Positions 40,917-59,587 of a DNA stretch of 64,000 nucleotides are shown here, in pieces. The translations under genes and the position numbers were made by a program. The notes below the pieces were generated by a model. It saw nothing but the letters and a program-made list of their open reading frames with translations. It had not been told where the DNA came from and made no database searches. How positions within the stretch are numbered: position 1 is the first letter of the stretch; every line of letters starts with the position of its first letter. The DNA lies in the NCBI GenBank assembly GCA_000004695.1, contig CM000151.3, positions 3,488,001 to 3,552,000 on the forward strand. The letters are read 5' to 3'. Origin of the DNA: Dictyostelium discoideum. Lineage: Eukaryota.

Positions 40917-40966
<50 letters not shown>

Positions 40967-41157
40967 TAAGGATTCTAGTAATTAATTTGGTTCAAAAAAA
41001 AAAAAAAAAAAAAAATAAAAAAAAAATAAAAAAAATTTTAATAAAAAAACAGTTAAAACCATCTTTGAAAAAGGCTAAAAATTTCAAAAAAAAAAAAAAT
41101 ATTCCATGATATGAGATTTACTTTTTTTTTTTTTGATAAAGAAGATATTTATTTTTT

Positions 41158-41204
<47 letters not shown>

Positions 41205-42275
41205 AAAGGTTTTTTTATTATTATTAATAATCCAACCATAACAATAAAATTTAATCGGTTATTATTAATAAAAACAATCTAAAAAAAAAAAAAAAAAAAA
41301 AATATTGGTAACATTCAAACCAGACACCAAAAAAAAAAAAAAAAAAATTTTTAATTAAAATTTATTTAAATAAATTTTATTTTTCATTTTTTTTTTTTTT
41401 TTCAAACAATAATTTAAATTTATTAATAATTTATATAAATTAAGTATAGATAAATAGAGCACTCAAAAATACACAAAATGATATAAAATTAAAAAAAAAT
41501 GAATGTAATCATTCTGTTTTTTGAATTTTTTTTTTTTTATTTTTTAAAAAATTATCATTCATTTTCAATACTTTCAAAATTATTTTTTTTTTTTTTGAAA
41601 TTTTTTTTATCAATAATAACTGATTTAATTTTATCTATTTTTTAATATGAATTTAGTATAGATAAATAGAGTACTCAAAAAAAAAAAAAAATACACAAAA
41701 TGATATCATCAAATATTTGTCACAAAATTACCATATTATTTTCAGCATGCTGTTTTTAGGGTGAAATTATTTTTTAATTTCTCTTTTATTTTATAACTTT
41801 TTTTTTTTCATACAATCAGATTAAAATAAATTAAAAAAAAAAATAAAAATAAAATAAAATATAATTTTTATCACTATTTTTTAAATTAATTTTTATTTTG
41901 GAAATAATTAAAAGTGATTTTTTTTAGGGGACTTGTCTAATCGGGAAAAAAAAATTAAAATTATTTTTTTTTTTTTTTTTTTTTTATGCAATCAGATCAG
42001 AAATTTTTTACTTTTTTTGGTTTCTCCAAATCGGTGTAGTCTTTTAATAGAAAAATTCTATTTTATTTTTAGTATAAAAAGTAATTTTTTTTTTTTTTTA
42101 TTTCATTCAAAAAAGACAAAGTTATAACTTATAACTTATAATTATATAAAAAAAAAAAAAAAAAAAAAAATATACTTAAAAAAACAATAAAATTGTTATT
42201 AAAAAAAAAAAAAAATTATTTAAATAATTTTTTATATAATTTATTCTTTGACAAAATTAAAGAGGTAATTATTAT

Positions 42276-42327
<52 letters not shown>

Positions 42328-43219
42328 AACCAAACAAACAATAATTAATTTTTTTAAATAACTTTTTTTAGAAATAGGTTGTTTTATGTATATGTGGATT
42401 TTTTTATTTTTTTAATAAATATTTGTTTGGTTATTAGTTTATTTAGTATGAATCGGTACTAATCCAATTGCCAGAGAATCAAAGGATTTTATTCTTTTTT
42501 AAGATATATCTTTTCATTCTCGGGCATTGTTGAAAGGTAGATTGTATATTAAACAGCTGTTTCACTAAATAATATATTTCTTAATTAAATTTTTAAAAAA
42601 AAAACTTTTTTATAAATCATTAAACACAGAATAAAATATGGGAATTATTTAATTTTCAATCAAGGTAAATAATTAAAATACTTTTTATTCTAATAATTAT
42701 AATAATAATAAAAATAATTAGTTTTACTAATATTAATTAATATTATGGGTTGGTTGGTATAAAACTAAAATTAAAAAATCAAAGTTTAAAGAACTATATT
42801 TTTATGAAATCAGTGTTTCTGATTGTGTTGGATGATCCCAAACAAAATCCCAAACAAAATCAAAATAAAACAAATAAAACAAATAAAAACAAATAAAAAC
42901 AAATATAAACAAAAACATAAACAAAATAAAATAAAATAAAATAAATAATTAAACAAAAAAGAAAAAAGAAAAAACAAAAAAATAAAAAACCAAAAACAAA
43001 AAACAAAAAAAAAAAAAAAAACAAAAACAAAATAAATAATCCAAAATTTAATTAAATTTTTAAAGTTTAATTGTTTTGAAATTTCACAACGTTATCAATT
43101 AGAAATAATACTTTTATGGGAATTGGATTTTTTATTATTTTTAAAATTTTGAAAACTAATTATTTTTATTATTATTATTACTTTTTTTTTTATTTATTTA
43201 TTTTTTAATTATTATTTAT

Positions 43220-43990
43220 TTAATTTTGATTTAATTTAATTTCTCTTTTAAAAACTTTTAATTTTTCATTTTGATAAGAATTTTTTGAAAAAATATAAGT
43301 ATTTTTAATGAAATCAAAACTTTTAATATGTTGATATTCATTAATTAAACGATTTAAATCCAATAAATATTTATCAAAATCACAAGTACTATTAATTGCA
43401 CCTGTTTCAAAATGTGTAATCGTTTTATTACCACTCAAGAGTATTTCTTCAATCACTTGAGTAGTTGTTGAACTCCACATTAAAAATGTTGAAATTGATT
43501 TATTTGATGAAATTAATGAACCAATCTCTTTATTAAATGAAGTTGGAGTTTTTTTATTTTTTGGGAATTTTAAAATTCCACCTCTAACTCGGCACCAATG
43601 ATTAAATGTAACTTTTTTCATTGTTTTGTTCTCTTTAAATAATTGTTTAAAAACTTGCCAGTTATTTGAAAAAGTTTTATTCTCTACTAATAAACCTAAA
43701 CTACCACCACTACCATCTAAAAAACTATCACAACTACATCCTAAACCCAATTCTCTTCTTTCAACATTATTTGATAATAAATAAATTAAATTATCATAAC
43801 AAAAATTAATTGAAAATAATTTTAAATTTCTAAATGTTTTAAATAATGAATTTAAATCACCCAATGAAAATGTTGAATATAAATTTTCAAAATGTGATAA
43901 ATTTGATAAATAATATTTTAAATTATCTTCTTTTTTTTCTTCTTCTTTTTCTTTTTCTTTTTCTTTTTCTTTTTGTTGTTGTTGTTGTTT

Positions 43991-44033
<43 letters not shown>

Positions 44034-44377
44034 ATTGAATAAGATAATAATTTAATTATTGGTATACCATCAATATCACTCTCACCATTAATAACTAAAA
44101 AATCTAAATTTTTTGACCAAATATCTAATGATTTAAATAAAACTTCTTTTGATGGACAATATTCAGTAGAAATTGATAATACTTTTTGAACTCTTTTTCC
44201 AAATTCTTCAATTGATTCAACGGTTTGAAATCTTTTAAAATTAATTTTATATAATTTTAAATTAATCATTGTACTATTACTTTGATAAAGAGAATTTATA
44301 ATATCTAAAATTTGACTATTTTTTAAATTAATGTTTCTAACTATAAATTTTTTAAATATTATATTTTCTTTATTATT

Positions 44378-44408
<31 letters not shown>

Positions 44409-44959
44409 AGTTGTTGTTGATAATTAACTAATTTTTCAATACCTTTATTTGCTAAATTAAAATCAAAACAAACTTTAATACCATCTTTTTTATTTTTATA
44501 ATAAAATAATTCATCTGTATGATCAAAATGTAATTTTAATGTTTTTACATTTTCTTTTTTTATAATTGAAAATTTTCCAATTCTTTCAATAAAATCTTTT
44601 GATTCTGATGTTTTTATTTTTGTTGTCATTATTTCGGTGGTAGTATTATTATTATTATTATTATTATTAAAATTTTTTTCAAAATCTAAATTATAATTAA
44701 AATCAATTGAAACTGTTAAATTATTTGATAATGTTTTAAACCAATCATGATTCACTAATGCCAATGAAATCATTAATTCTTTAATTAACTTTTCATTATC
44801 TCTATAATCAATATCTTCAATTTTAATGAAATCAATTAATTTATTATTTCTATCAATATGTTTACATAATATTTTAATTATATATTTTTGAATATATAAT
44901 GGTAATTTTATAATTTTATTATTATTATTACTATTATTGTTAATATTGTCGGTTATCAT
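43220..44959 (-). CDS. Hypothetical protein (579 aa), tandem paralog of 38533-40833
   Basis: Shares the N-terminal KLPLYIQKYIIKILCKHIDRNNKLIDFIKIEDIDYRDNEKLIKELM and C-terminal MKKVTFNHWCRVRGGILKFPKNKKTPTSFNKEIGSL blocks with the upstream gene. Confidence 0.6.
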
Positions 44960-44988
44960 TTTGTGGTCATTTAAAAAATTGTTAATTT

Positions 44989-45027
<39 letters not shown>

Positions 45028-45430
45028 AATTCTTATTATTCTCAATGTCATAAAAACATTTTCATCGCCATATCGCAACATTTTTTAATAATATCTCCCA
45101 AACCATTTTTTTTTTTTTTTTTTTTTTTTCAAAACAATGGTTTATGAAAATTCCACAATTTGAATTTGTTTTGTTGAAAAATGAATATTTAAATTATTAA
45201 TCTTTAAAATTAAATCAAATTGTTAAATTTATAGATAAATATATATAAATCAAATTGAAGTTTAGTAACTTGCGAAAAACCTTACAAAATGTTGAATTTA
45301 TAAGTTATGCAATATAAATATATAAATAAAATATATGTTAAGAAAGAGATAATAATTACAACAAATAAAGAGTTTATTATTGTTATGAAAATTGTAAAAA
45401 CGAAAAACTGTTTATTTTTATTTTTATATT

Positions 45431-45540
45431 TTCGGTTTTAACTTTTTTTTTTTACCTAAAAGCGGTGTATATTTTCGGTTTTAACCGTTTTTTTTTTTTT
45501 ACCTAAAAGCGGTGTATTTCGGTTTTAACCGAACTTCGTA
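45431..45540. repeat. About 2.5 tandem copies of a roughly 47-bp unit (TTTCGGTTTTAACCGTTTTTTTTTTTTACCTAAAAGCGGTGTAT) downstream of tRNA-Glu. Each contains the palindrome CGGTTTTAACCG.
   Basis: Direct repeats read in the sequence. The terminal unit ends GGTTTTAACCGAACTTCG, which is weakly ex-B-box-like. Confidence 0.5.
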
Positions 45541-45566
45541 AAAATATCAATTTTAGTAAAAAAAAC

Positions 45567-45637
45567 TCCCCATTCGGGAATCGAACCCGAGGTACCAGTG
45601 TGAAAGACTAGAGTGTTACCGACTACACCAATGAGGA
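45567..45637 (-). tRNA. tRNA-Glu (anticodon UUC)
   Basis: Minus-strand TCCTCATTGGTGTAGTCGGTAACACTCTAGTCTTTCACACTGGTACCTCGGGTTCGATTCCCGAATGGGGAG. It has a 7-bp acceptor stem with one G-U pair, a CUUUCAC anticodon loop and a T6 terminator. Confidence 0.8.
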
Positions 45638-45682
45638 ATTATATGGAAATATTTGATTAAACAAGAAAATTTAATTATTTTA

Positions 45683-46457
45683 TTTATATGAACACCATCC
45701 AAAATTAACTCCTGGCCAAAAAGAAATAATGATCAAAATGAATAGCAAACACCTTCCATTTAAAGAAATTAAAAAAATAATAAACATGGAAGGTAGAGAC
45801 CTATTATGGAGATACACACAGAAAGCACTACCAAAAATATACAACATGCCATGCCAACAGTATGGGGAAGATGAGACTTCAGAACATATATTCTTCAACT
45901 GCAAAGCCCACATCAAAAACACACAAGAAATCTTCAACTACACATTAACCAAGTGTGGACACACCTGGAATGTTAAGATTTTAAACCATCTACAAATTGC
46001 ACTAATATCCAATTTAATAGCTATTATATTCGAAAAAATTTGGCACAAAAGAAACAAACTCATCCACGATGAAATAGAAATAGTAATTCATAGACAACAA
46101 GTCATACGTGAACTAATTAAAACACAAAGAGTTGCATGGGATAGGACACAAGCGGTTATAAACAAAACATTAAGAATCAAATCAAAGCAATGGCCAGAAG
46201 AACAAAATAAATTAGACTCATTAATCTCTAAAGTTATTACAATTTAACAGACAATGGAACTCACCTCTTCACGCAATAGCACTTCCCAAACATCTCAAAA
46301 AATACAATAATTCACTCAGTACTCTCTATAAATGAAAAAAAAAAAAAAAAAAAAAAAATATAAAAAAAGATTTAGAAAAAAATTTGGACAAAAAAGATGT
46401 TTTAATCAAAAGTAATAATACATTCAAAATTGCGTTATCCAATTCAAAAAAAAAATA
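45683..46457 (+). mobile_element. 5'-truncated TRE5-like element (ORF2 C-terminal Cys-His region, then 3' end ...CAAAATTGCGTTATCCAATTC(A)10) whose 5' end is about 46 bp upstream of tRNA-Glu
   Basis: ORF 45729-46247 (CQQYGEDETSEHIFFNCKAH...) is homologous to the ORF2 C-terminus at 22436-23203 and to the fragments at 27617-27931 and 29877-30200. A short TSD-like TAATTATTT flanks it. Confidence 0.65.
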
Positions 46458-47484
46458 ATTATTTAATTTAATATTCAAAAGAAATAATTATTAAATTTCA
46501 ACAATTTACAAATATTAATCAAATCTCTTCTTTCAAAATCACTAAATTAATAATTTACAGTTTGATATTTATTCAAACTCTGTATTCATAAAAACTCAAT
46601 TATCAATTTACATATTACAAAAACCGATTAACATAATTATAAAAATCTAAAATTAATATCTAAATAATATTACAAAAATTTCAGTACAAAATTAAATTTT
46701 ATTTAAAATTCTATTAAAATAAATTAAAAATTGTATAAATAAATAAATAAATAAATAAAACTAAAAATTAAATTAAACTAAATAAATACCATATAAATAA
46801 ATAAATTAAAATTAGTTATATTCACTGCAGCTTTACATTTTGTATTCAATAGCTATTGGCATAATTAGGAGATGTGATAAAGTCAGAATTAGATAAGGTC
46901 ATTCTATAGAAAAAGGATCGAATATTCCCTTTTGATATAATGGTCATCTCTGTAGATTATAACCAAAGTAGGCTATTACATTTGGCGACATTGCTTGTTA
47001 GAATCAACAACCAGCCCAAGTAAAAAAAAAAAAAAAAATATAAACAAAGTTTAATAAAAAAAAAAATATAAACAAAATTTAATTATTAAATTACATTGTT
47101 AATATTAATAAGTTTTTAATAAAATTAATAGTAATTGTAACAAGATCTCAAAAAAATATCTTGTTAATACTAATATTTATTTAATTTTATGAAATGTTCT
47201 AAACAGAACATTTAAAAAATAACTATTAATATTGAATTGATAATTCAATATTAATTATTACTAACTTAATTCATTTTAATAAATTGTTTCATTTTATATA
47301 ATAAACTCACTAAACACAACTAAACAATAATTCAAAAATAAATAATAATAATTTAGAATATAGTTTTGTTTCAACATTTTGTTATGACACATACAATTCA
47401 GAAAATAATAATAATTTATTTTATTGTTTTGTTTAAAGGGGTTTTCTCCCGTTGTAATTTAATTTTAAAATTAAATTTAATTTT

Positions 47485-47526
<42 letters not shown>

Positions 47527-47639
47527 AAATTAATTTGAATTTCACAAAAGTTTTCATAACAGATATTAGATACCAGATATTAAAAATGCCACACACAAAA
47601 TCACCATATAAAATAATAATTAAATTAAAATAATATAAT

Positions 47640-50600
47640 ATTGTAGTTTAAATTGGATCTAACCCTATCGGCCGAGGTTGGAGTAGTTAATAGATTTGAG
47701 TTCGCTCAAATCTAAGGACTATAAAAGGAAACTAGGTTTCCAATTCAACCTCAGTAGTAAATATATACAAACAATAAAAACACGATAGGGCTACGGTCAT
47801 TAATTAATTTTGTGTACATTTATTTCTTAAATAATTAATCATTTTACTTTAATAATAGAATAAATAAATAATTAAATTTTATTAAATAATTTATTTTAAG
47901 AGAATGTCAACTAATAATAACGAAGATATTGATAATGATGAATTGCAACAACAGGATAATGAGGAACAACAGCAACAACCACAGGTATCAACATTCAATG
48001 AACAGCAACGTCAGATAAGGGAACAGCAGCAGGTAATAGATAAACAAAATCAACTTCTTCAACAACACATTCAATTAATAAATCAACAATCTCAACAACA
48101 ATTGAATAATCATACGACACCACCATCATCACCCAACATTACAACACCAATAACTTCAGCAGCAATAACCAACACAATAAAGAAATCATTAGGAAAAATT
48201 AACACTGATGATACCGACCACCAGTTGTTACAGTAATGATTACAATTAAACAATAATAATTAAAATAATAATTTATTTAGTTTTATATAATTTAGAGTTT
48301 TCATTCGAAACTTCTCGGTCGAAAATTGTAAAAACTAAAAAAAAATAAAGTTAGTTCTGATTGACCTTTACAGCATTCTTATAATATTAATTGTTTTCCT
48401 TTGTTTACTAAGACAAAAACATTAAAGCATAACCCAAACACACTCAAACTCAAACACATATCAACAATTGATGGTAGAGCTATTTTAGCAGACGTTATAT
48501 TTCCAAATCAATTACCAATTGGTATTCTTGGAATTTATGCACCAGCATCAAATGATACCATCAAAAAGAATTCATAACAACTTCACTACAAACACTTCTC
48601 CACAACCACTCAACAAACCCAATACCAAACCAATCCCAACATGTATCTATTATCGCAGGCGATTTCAACTGTATCCACAACGACAATTCACTATTAGACG
48701 ATATTATCCAATCCTACACATACCAACACCATCTAATTGATCAAGGTGAATTTAAAAACACTCCAACTCATACACATGGCAACAGATTAGATAGAATATA
48801 TACTCATTACAATAGAATAGACCCTGAAAATTTATACACAAGTCCACCAAATTCCATCTTCATTATCAGATCATAATCCAGTATCAACAACAATTTCTTC
48901 ACCTTTTCAAATAAATAAACATAAGAAAAGATGGATATTATCACCTGGTACTGCAAATGACCATGAAGCAATCAATATTATCAATCATTTAATAACTAAT
49001 CACAATAACACATCAATCAATCAATTTACAAATTGGTCAAAAGTAAAATCAAAAATTATTAAAACTCTAAAAAACTATCAATATAACAAAGACAAACAAA
49101 CTCAACGTGCAAAACAAATACTATTAGAAAAAGCAGCAAAATTTAAACATCTTGAAAAACAATGCATCGCTGAATACAATATTATATGTAACAAAAACAA
49201 ATTACATCAAAACCACACAAACAAATAAAGGAGAAATACCTATAAGTATCTATCAGCAATACTAAACAAAGATCAAAAGATGCAAAAATTACCTTCTGAG
49301 AATACTTCCCTTCATCGTCAACATCAACCAAACTGGTTTCGTACCCTACAGATTTATCATAGACAACATCATCAACATCAATGAATTAATCAACTACCTC
49401 AAATCTAAAAACCTCCCTGGTAACATCACACTATTTGACTTCTTTAAAGCATTTGATTCTCACGATAGTATTAAAAGAACATTAATTCATATTGGTATAC
49501 CAATAAAATTAATAAATATAATCCACAAGCTTTTATCTGACTCACAAGCAAAAATTTCAATTAATGGTAAAACGACTAGAAAATTCGATATTAAAAGTTG
49601 TGTAAAACAAGGTGACCCAATCTCAGCCACTTTATTTGTAATTGTAATTGAAATATTAGCAAGAACAATAAATGCAGACAATACAATAATTGGATTACCA
49701 ATTTCACCCAATCCACAAATTAAAATCAAATTTACCCAATTTGCAGAAGACTCTACAACATACAACATCAACTACGAACAACAACAACAATCAATCAAAC
49801 ATTTCGATAATTTCTGCGCTTCAACATCATCATCATTAAATTTTGACAAAAGTGCAATAATAGAAATCAACCCCCACAAAATCACTGATAAACACTTAAT
49901 AAACAACATTCCACAATCAAAAAGAATACCAATAACCAAAAAAGATCAATCAGAAAGAGTTCTTGGCTATTTCTTTAATCATAATGGTTTACATAGGAAA
50001 TTACCAGAAACAATGAAAACACTGATCAAATCATTAGTACTATGGAAAACTAGTGGCACAACATTAAAAACAAAAACAACCATCATAAACACTTACTCAC
50101 TATCACCAATAACATATTTATCATACCTTGAAGAATTTACAAAAGATGAAGAAATTCAAATTAATAAATTAATCTCATGGTTTATGAATTCTCCCGCAAA
50201 TTCTGAATCACCAACTCTCAATACCAATTCCATTGAAAACAACACATCAACCATCCATTCACGTGCAAAAATACCTTTGATGTGTTATGATAGATCATTA
50301 AAACTATTAAAAGAAGGTGGTTGGGGTATGTGGAATATACAATTACGACAAGCTGCTCAAAAGATTTGGATATACAACATATTTTTACAAATGCATAAAT
50401 CTGCAAACAATTCAATATACATGATAAGTTGGATGGATCAAATCATCAACAAGTCAATCTCTTCTCCATTCCTTATAAAAATCAAAAAAGAATGGGAAAA
50501 CTATGCAACTCAAATTAGATATCTAAAAGATAAAATTCAAACCCTACAACCAATATTAATAAAAAACCAAACCACTCAAACATTAACCACAAATAATATT

Positions 50601-51650
50601 TCACTACCACCAACACTCAAAGAAATCTACTCGACAATACTCAACAATCACCAATGTAAATCAAAAGACTATATAGGAAAGAAATATTCAGATCTACTTC
50701 TTACTTCGCACCAACAATCAATATAACTATTATGGAAATACACATACGACCAACTATTTGTCAAAATTCAAAAATTAAAAGATCCAAAAGGCCGTGATAC
50801 AATGCAAAGATTCCATGCTAGATGTCTTCCGATTAATCATCTACACAACAAAGTTTGCTCCATTTGCAACAATGAAATGAATAATGATCCCTATGGTCAT
50901 TTGTTTTTCAATTGTCAGCACACAATCAACTTCATAAACCACGACAAATTAAAATATTTTATATATAAAAATTGCAATGGAAACAAAAACTGGTCACTAA
51001 CAAAAAACCAAACAACAAAATTATACACACTCATTTATAAACCACAAACAAACAACAAAGCATTTAAACCAGATCCAACTATCAATATTAATTTTCATTT
51101 TGCAGAAAACGCACAATATAAAAAATACAGGTTCAACTGGAATTATATAAACACAAATCTTGATCTAGTCAGAACACATGCATATTGGAACATAATCTCA
51201 TTAGTTATTCACCAAATATGGATATGGTTATGCAAATCATTATTTGACATCAATATAACTCAATCAATTGACAATTGGAACAACCAAATAAACAACACAA
51301 CACTAGATTATGATATATTAAAATCAAAATGGCACAAGCTAATAAGATTGGAATATTCCAGAACATTATCAAACTTTAACCAATACTCAATTAAAAACAA
51401 CCTCACAAAAACTCAAAAAGAAACCCAATGGCCCGAAACCATCAAAAAATTTAAAAAAGAATGGAGCATAAACACAAACCAATGCTGAAACCAATTCCAA
51501 CAATTACACCACCAATTAATTATTAATTACCTAATCTAAAATAACATACCATTTTAAATTCACAAAAACTAAAAAACCTAAAATAAATAAATAAAGTACT
51601 AATTGTATACTACAATAGTTTATTTATATCAAAAAAAAAAAAAAAAATTA
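47640..51650 (+). mobile_element. Degenerate TRE3-like non-LTR retrotransposon. ORF1 (47904-48236) is intact, but ORF2 is broken by many stops and frameshifts. It ends in A16, about 50 bp from the 3' end of tRNA-Phe, tail to tail.
   Basis: The frame-shifted RT region reads LFDFFKAFDS...QGDPISATLFVIVIEIL...FAEDSTTY (YADD degraded to FAED). The ORF2 C-terminal pieces (MKTLIKSLVLWKTSG..., EGGWGMWNIQLRQAAQKIWIY, CSICNNEMNNDPYGHLFFNC) parallel the ORF2 at 22436-25881. Confidence 0.65.
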
Positions 51651-51654
51651 AAGC

Positions 51655-51672
51655 AGAGATCGAACTTGCGAT
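51655..51672 (-). promoter_or_regulatory. Ex-B box (GCAAGTTCGATCTCTGC) about 30 bp downstream of tRNA-Phe
   Basis: A GTTCGATC match to the B-box consensus in the typical ex-B position. Confidence 0.5.
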
Positions 51673-51697
51673 CAAAGGATTTTTGTGTGTAAAAATT

Positions 51698-51771
51698 TGC
51701 CTCAGGCCGGGATCGAACCAGCGACCTTAAGATCTTCAGTCTCACGCTCGTACCAACTGAGCTACTAAGGC
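51698..51771 (-). tRNA. tRNA-Phe (anticodon GAA)
   Basis: Minus-strand GCCTTAGTAGCTCAGTTGGTACGAGCGTGAGACTGAAGATCTTAAGGTCGCTGGTTCGATCCCGGCCTGAGGCA, very close to canonical eukaryotic tRNA-Phe (CCAGACTGAAGATCTGG core). Confidence 0.85.
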
Positions 51772-52441
51772 TTGGTGAAAATGTAAATTTTATTAGCAGT
51801 TACAATATTAAGAAAAATTCAAAAAAAAAAAATTATAATTTTTTTTTTCTATTTGTTCAGGATTACAATAACAAATTAATTTTAAATAAAAAATTTACTT
51901 TTATTCGAACAAAAATCAAATGAAATTTCAAAACTCAATATAAATAAAAAAAAATGGTTTTTGTTATTCCTTCGAATAAAATATAATAAAGATAAATATT
52001 CAGCGCACATTATTTAAATTATATTAAAATTTAAATATATATTAAAATAATAGTAATCCTTAGTATCACTAATCAAATATATATTTAGATATAATTTAAT
52101 TGTTTAATTAAATTTTATATTTAATTAAAAAAAAAAAGGAAAGGAAAGGAAAGGAAAGTATTTAAAGAATTCGGGACAATTCAACTATAAAAAGAAGCCA
52201 ACCTTCTAATTTACCAAGAAAAATCATAAAGAGGTTGGGTACGTAGCCAAATTTATATGTTATTTCTTTAAGTTTATTTAAAAAAAAAAAAAAAAAAAGT
52301 AATAAATGGCTTTAAAATTTATTTATTATTAGTATTACTATTATCTTTTTTTAATGAAACTTAAATAAATATGAAAACATATTATACAAATAATTGTTTA
52401 TTATTATTATTATTTTTTTTTTTTTTTTTTTTTTTTTTTTC

Positions 52442-56569
<4,128 letters not shown>

Positions 56570-56618
56570 TAAAATTTCACTATATATTAATCCATAATTG
56601 ATATTAATAATTTAGAGA

Positions 56619-56951
<333 letters not shown>

Positions 56952-56954
56952 TTT

Positions 56955-56988
<34 letters not shown>

Positions 56989-57112
56989 CTATTAATTTCA
57001 AAACAAAAATTAAAAAAATATATATATAAAAATAATAATATTGATGTGTATTTTTGTGTGTTTTATTTATCTATACTAAATTCATATTAAAAATTAAATT
57101 TAAATTGTTATT

Positions 57113-57144
<32 letters not shown>

Positions 57145-57737
57145 TGAAAAATAAAAAAAAAAAAATGAATATTTTTTTTTTTATTTTTTTTTTTTTTTTG
57201 GGTTTATAATTTGAATGTTACTACCATCAAACAAAAAAAAAAAAAATGAAAAAAAAAAAAAAAAAATATTTTGGGTGTGGGTAAACTTAAAAATTAATTA
57301 CATTATTAAATCTGAGTTTTGTGATTGAGTTAAAACAGTGTGGGTAAACTTAAAATAAAAAAATAAAAAATAATTTAATATAATTAAATTGGTTATTCAT
57401 GTGAATGCACAAAAAAAAAAAAAAAAGATTAAAGAAAAATTAAAAAAAATAAAAATAATTTAATATAATTAAATTGTTAAAAAAAACTATTTGTTTGAAA
57501 TATTTTATACTAAATTATCTTTTATTTTTCTTTTTCCAATAATAAAAAAAAATAAAAATAAAAATTGATACTTTTTTATTCTTAAACTGAGATATATATG
57601 TTTTTTTTTTAATTTTACTTTTTTTTTTATTTTTTTTTTGAAAACCTATTTAATCAATTTTTTTTTTTTTATTATTTTTAATTGTAAAATAAAATAGAAT
57701 CAATCTTTTTAATAATAAAAAAAAAAAAAAAAAAAAA

Positions 57738-58181
57738 ATGAAATATTCATTTACTTTAATCATTGTTTTATTATCATTACTTTCATTATGTAATTTATCA
57801 AATTCTCAAATGTTTGGTCAAAAATGCAATTTACCACCAATTTCACAAACTCTTGATAATGGTTCACAAGTTGTTATCTTATTAGCAGAATTATTACAAA
57901 ATGATAAAGTTATAAGTTCATATAATAATACATTTTCAAAAGGAACTGGTTCAACATTTTTCAGTGATCCAAATAATGTTTGTGTTTTTAATTCTGGTGA
58001 AAATCTTCATATTGAATATAAAGTTGTTAGTGGTAGTAGTGGTACTTTTTATTATGAAGATTGTAAAAGCAATGATTCAATTCCCACTAGTTCAAGTACT
58101 GTTAAATTATATAATGGTGGTTTTGTTTTTATGGGTAGTAAATTTACATATCAATATAAATTAACTTTAAAAACAAATTAA
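57738..58181 (+). CDS. Hypothetical small secreted protein (147 aa)
   Basis: N-terminal signal peptide MKYSFTLIIVLLSLLSLCNLSNS, four Cys, ordinary composition. No family recognised. Confidence 0.5.
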   Translation: MKYSFTLIIVLLSLLSLCNLSNSQMFGQKCNLPPISQTLDNGSQVVILLAELLQNDKVISSYNNTFSKGTGSTFFSDPNNVCVFNSGENLHIEYKVVSGSSGTFYYEDCKSNDSIPTSSSTVKLYNGGFVFMGSKFTYQYKLTLKTN

Positions 58182-58509
58182 AATAAACAAAAAGATAAAA
58201 ATAAATTTTCTTTTTTCAAATAATAGGAATAATTTTTTATTTTTTTTAATTTTTTATTTTTTTTATTTCAGTTGATTAAAATATTCAATAATGTTTTATA
58301 TATTTTATTCCCTACTCGTTTTTCTTAAAATAAAAAACAATTAAAAAAAATTAAATTAAAAAAACAGAATGATTCATTCAAAAAAAAAAAAAAAAAAAAA
58401 AAAAATGAAAATATTTTTTTTTTCTCCAATTAAATAAAAAATATCCAAAGGGAAATTAGTGAGATTTTTATTTTTATTTTTAATTTTGAGACAATTTATT
58501 ACATAAAAA

Positions 58510-59587
58510 ATGTCAGAACAACAACCAATAACCACAACAACAACAACTAACTCTCAACCTAAACAATTAACAAAAGAAGAAATTGAACAACAAGATAAAT
58601 GGATAGAGTAAAGTAAACTTTTTTTTTTTTTTTTTTTTTAATAAAGTAATAATTTAATTTCTAACATTTTTTTTCTTTTTTATATTTTTTATTTATTTAT
58701 TTTTTTTTTTTTTTAGAATTCAAAATGAATTAAAGAAAAGTTTAATTGAAAAAGATGATTTTAATTTTAAAATTGATGATGAAAATAAAATGAATACAAC
58801 ATTGAAATATATTGGTGGTGTTGATATTAGTTTTGTAAAAGATAATGATATTGATGCATGTGCATCATTAATTGTAATAGAATATCCATCATTGAAAATA
58901 GTTTATAAAGATATTGAATTTGTTAAATTAAGTGAATTATATATTCCAGGATTTTTAGCATTTAGAGAAACTCCTCATTTAATTAAATTAATTAATAAAT
59001 TAAAACAATCAATAACCTATAACCATTTATTACCTCAAATTATAATGATTGATGGTAATGGTATTCTACATCCACGTGGATTCGGTTTAGCTTCTCATTT
59101 AGGTGTTTTAATTGATATTCCAACAATCGGTGTTGGTAAAACTTTCTTTCATGTTGATGGTTTATCAACAAAAGAAATAAAATCAAAAGTTGAATCTGAA
59201 AGATTAAAATATTTATCAACAACAACTACCACTGATGTAACAACAACACCCTCACCCAATAATAATAAAAATAATAAAAATAATAAAATTAAAAACAATA
59301 ATAATAATATAAGAGAAGATATAAATATAGAAGTTCCATTAAAAGGTGAAAGTGGTAGAATTTGGGGTTCAGCAATATTAAGTAATAGTAACTGTAAGAA
59401 TCCAATTTATGTTTCAGTGGGACACCGAATTTCATTAGAGACAGCTTTAAAGGTTGTTAAATTAACTTCACCATACAGAGTACCTGAATCAATTAGACAA
59501 GCAGATTTATTATCAAGAGATTATATTAGATTAAATTTTAATAAAATACAAACCACTGCTACAACTACTACAACTACTACAAACTAA
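58510..59587 (+). CDS. Endonuclease V (ENDOV/nfi family) homolog. Two exons, 58510..58607 and 58717..59587; intron has a GTAAAG donor and TTTTAG acceptor.
   Basis: [34 protein letters not shown]...[17 protein letters not shown]...[41 protein letters not shown]...[17 protein letters not shown]...[16 protein letters not shown] is colinear with human ENDOV (VGGVDVSFVKGDSVRACASL...LVDGNGVLHHRGFGVACHLGVL...ISVGHRMSLEAAVRL). Exon 1 encodes [31 protein letters not shown]. Confidence 0.8.
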
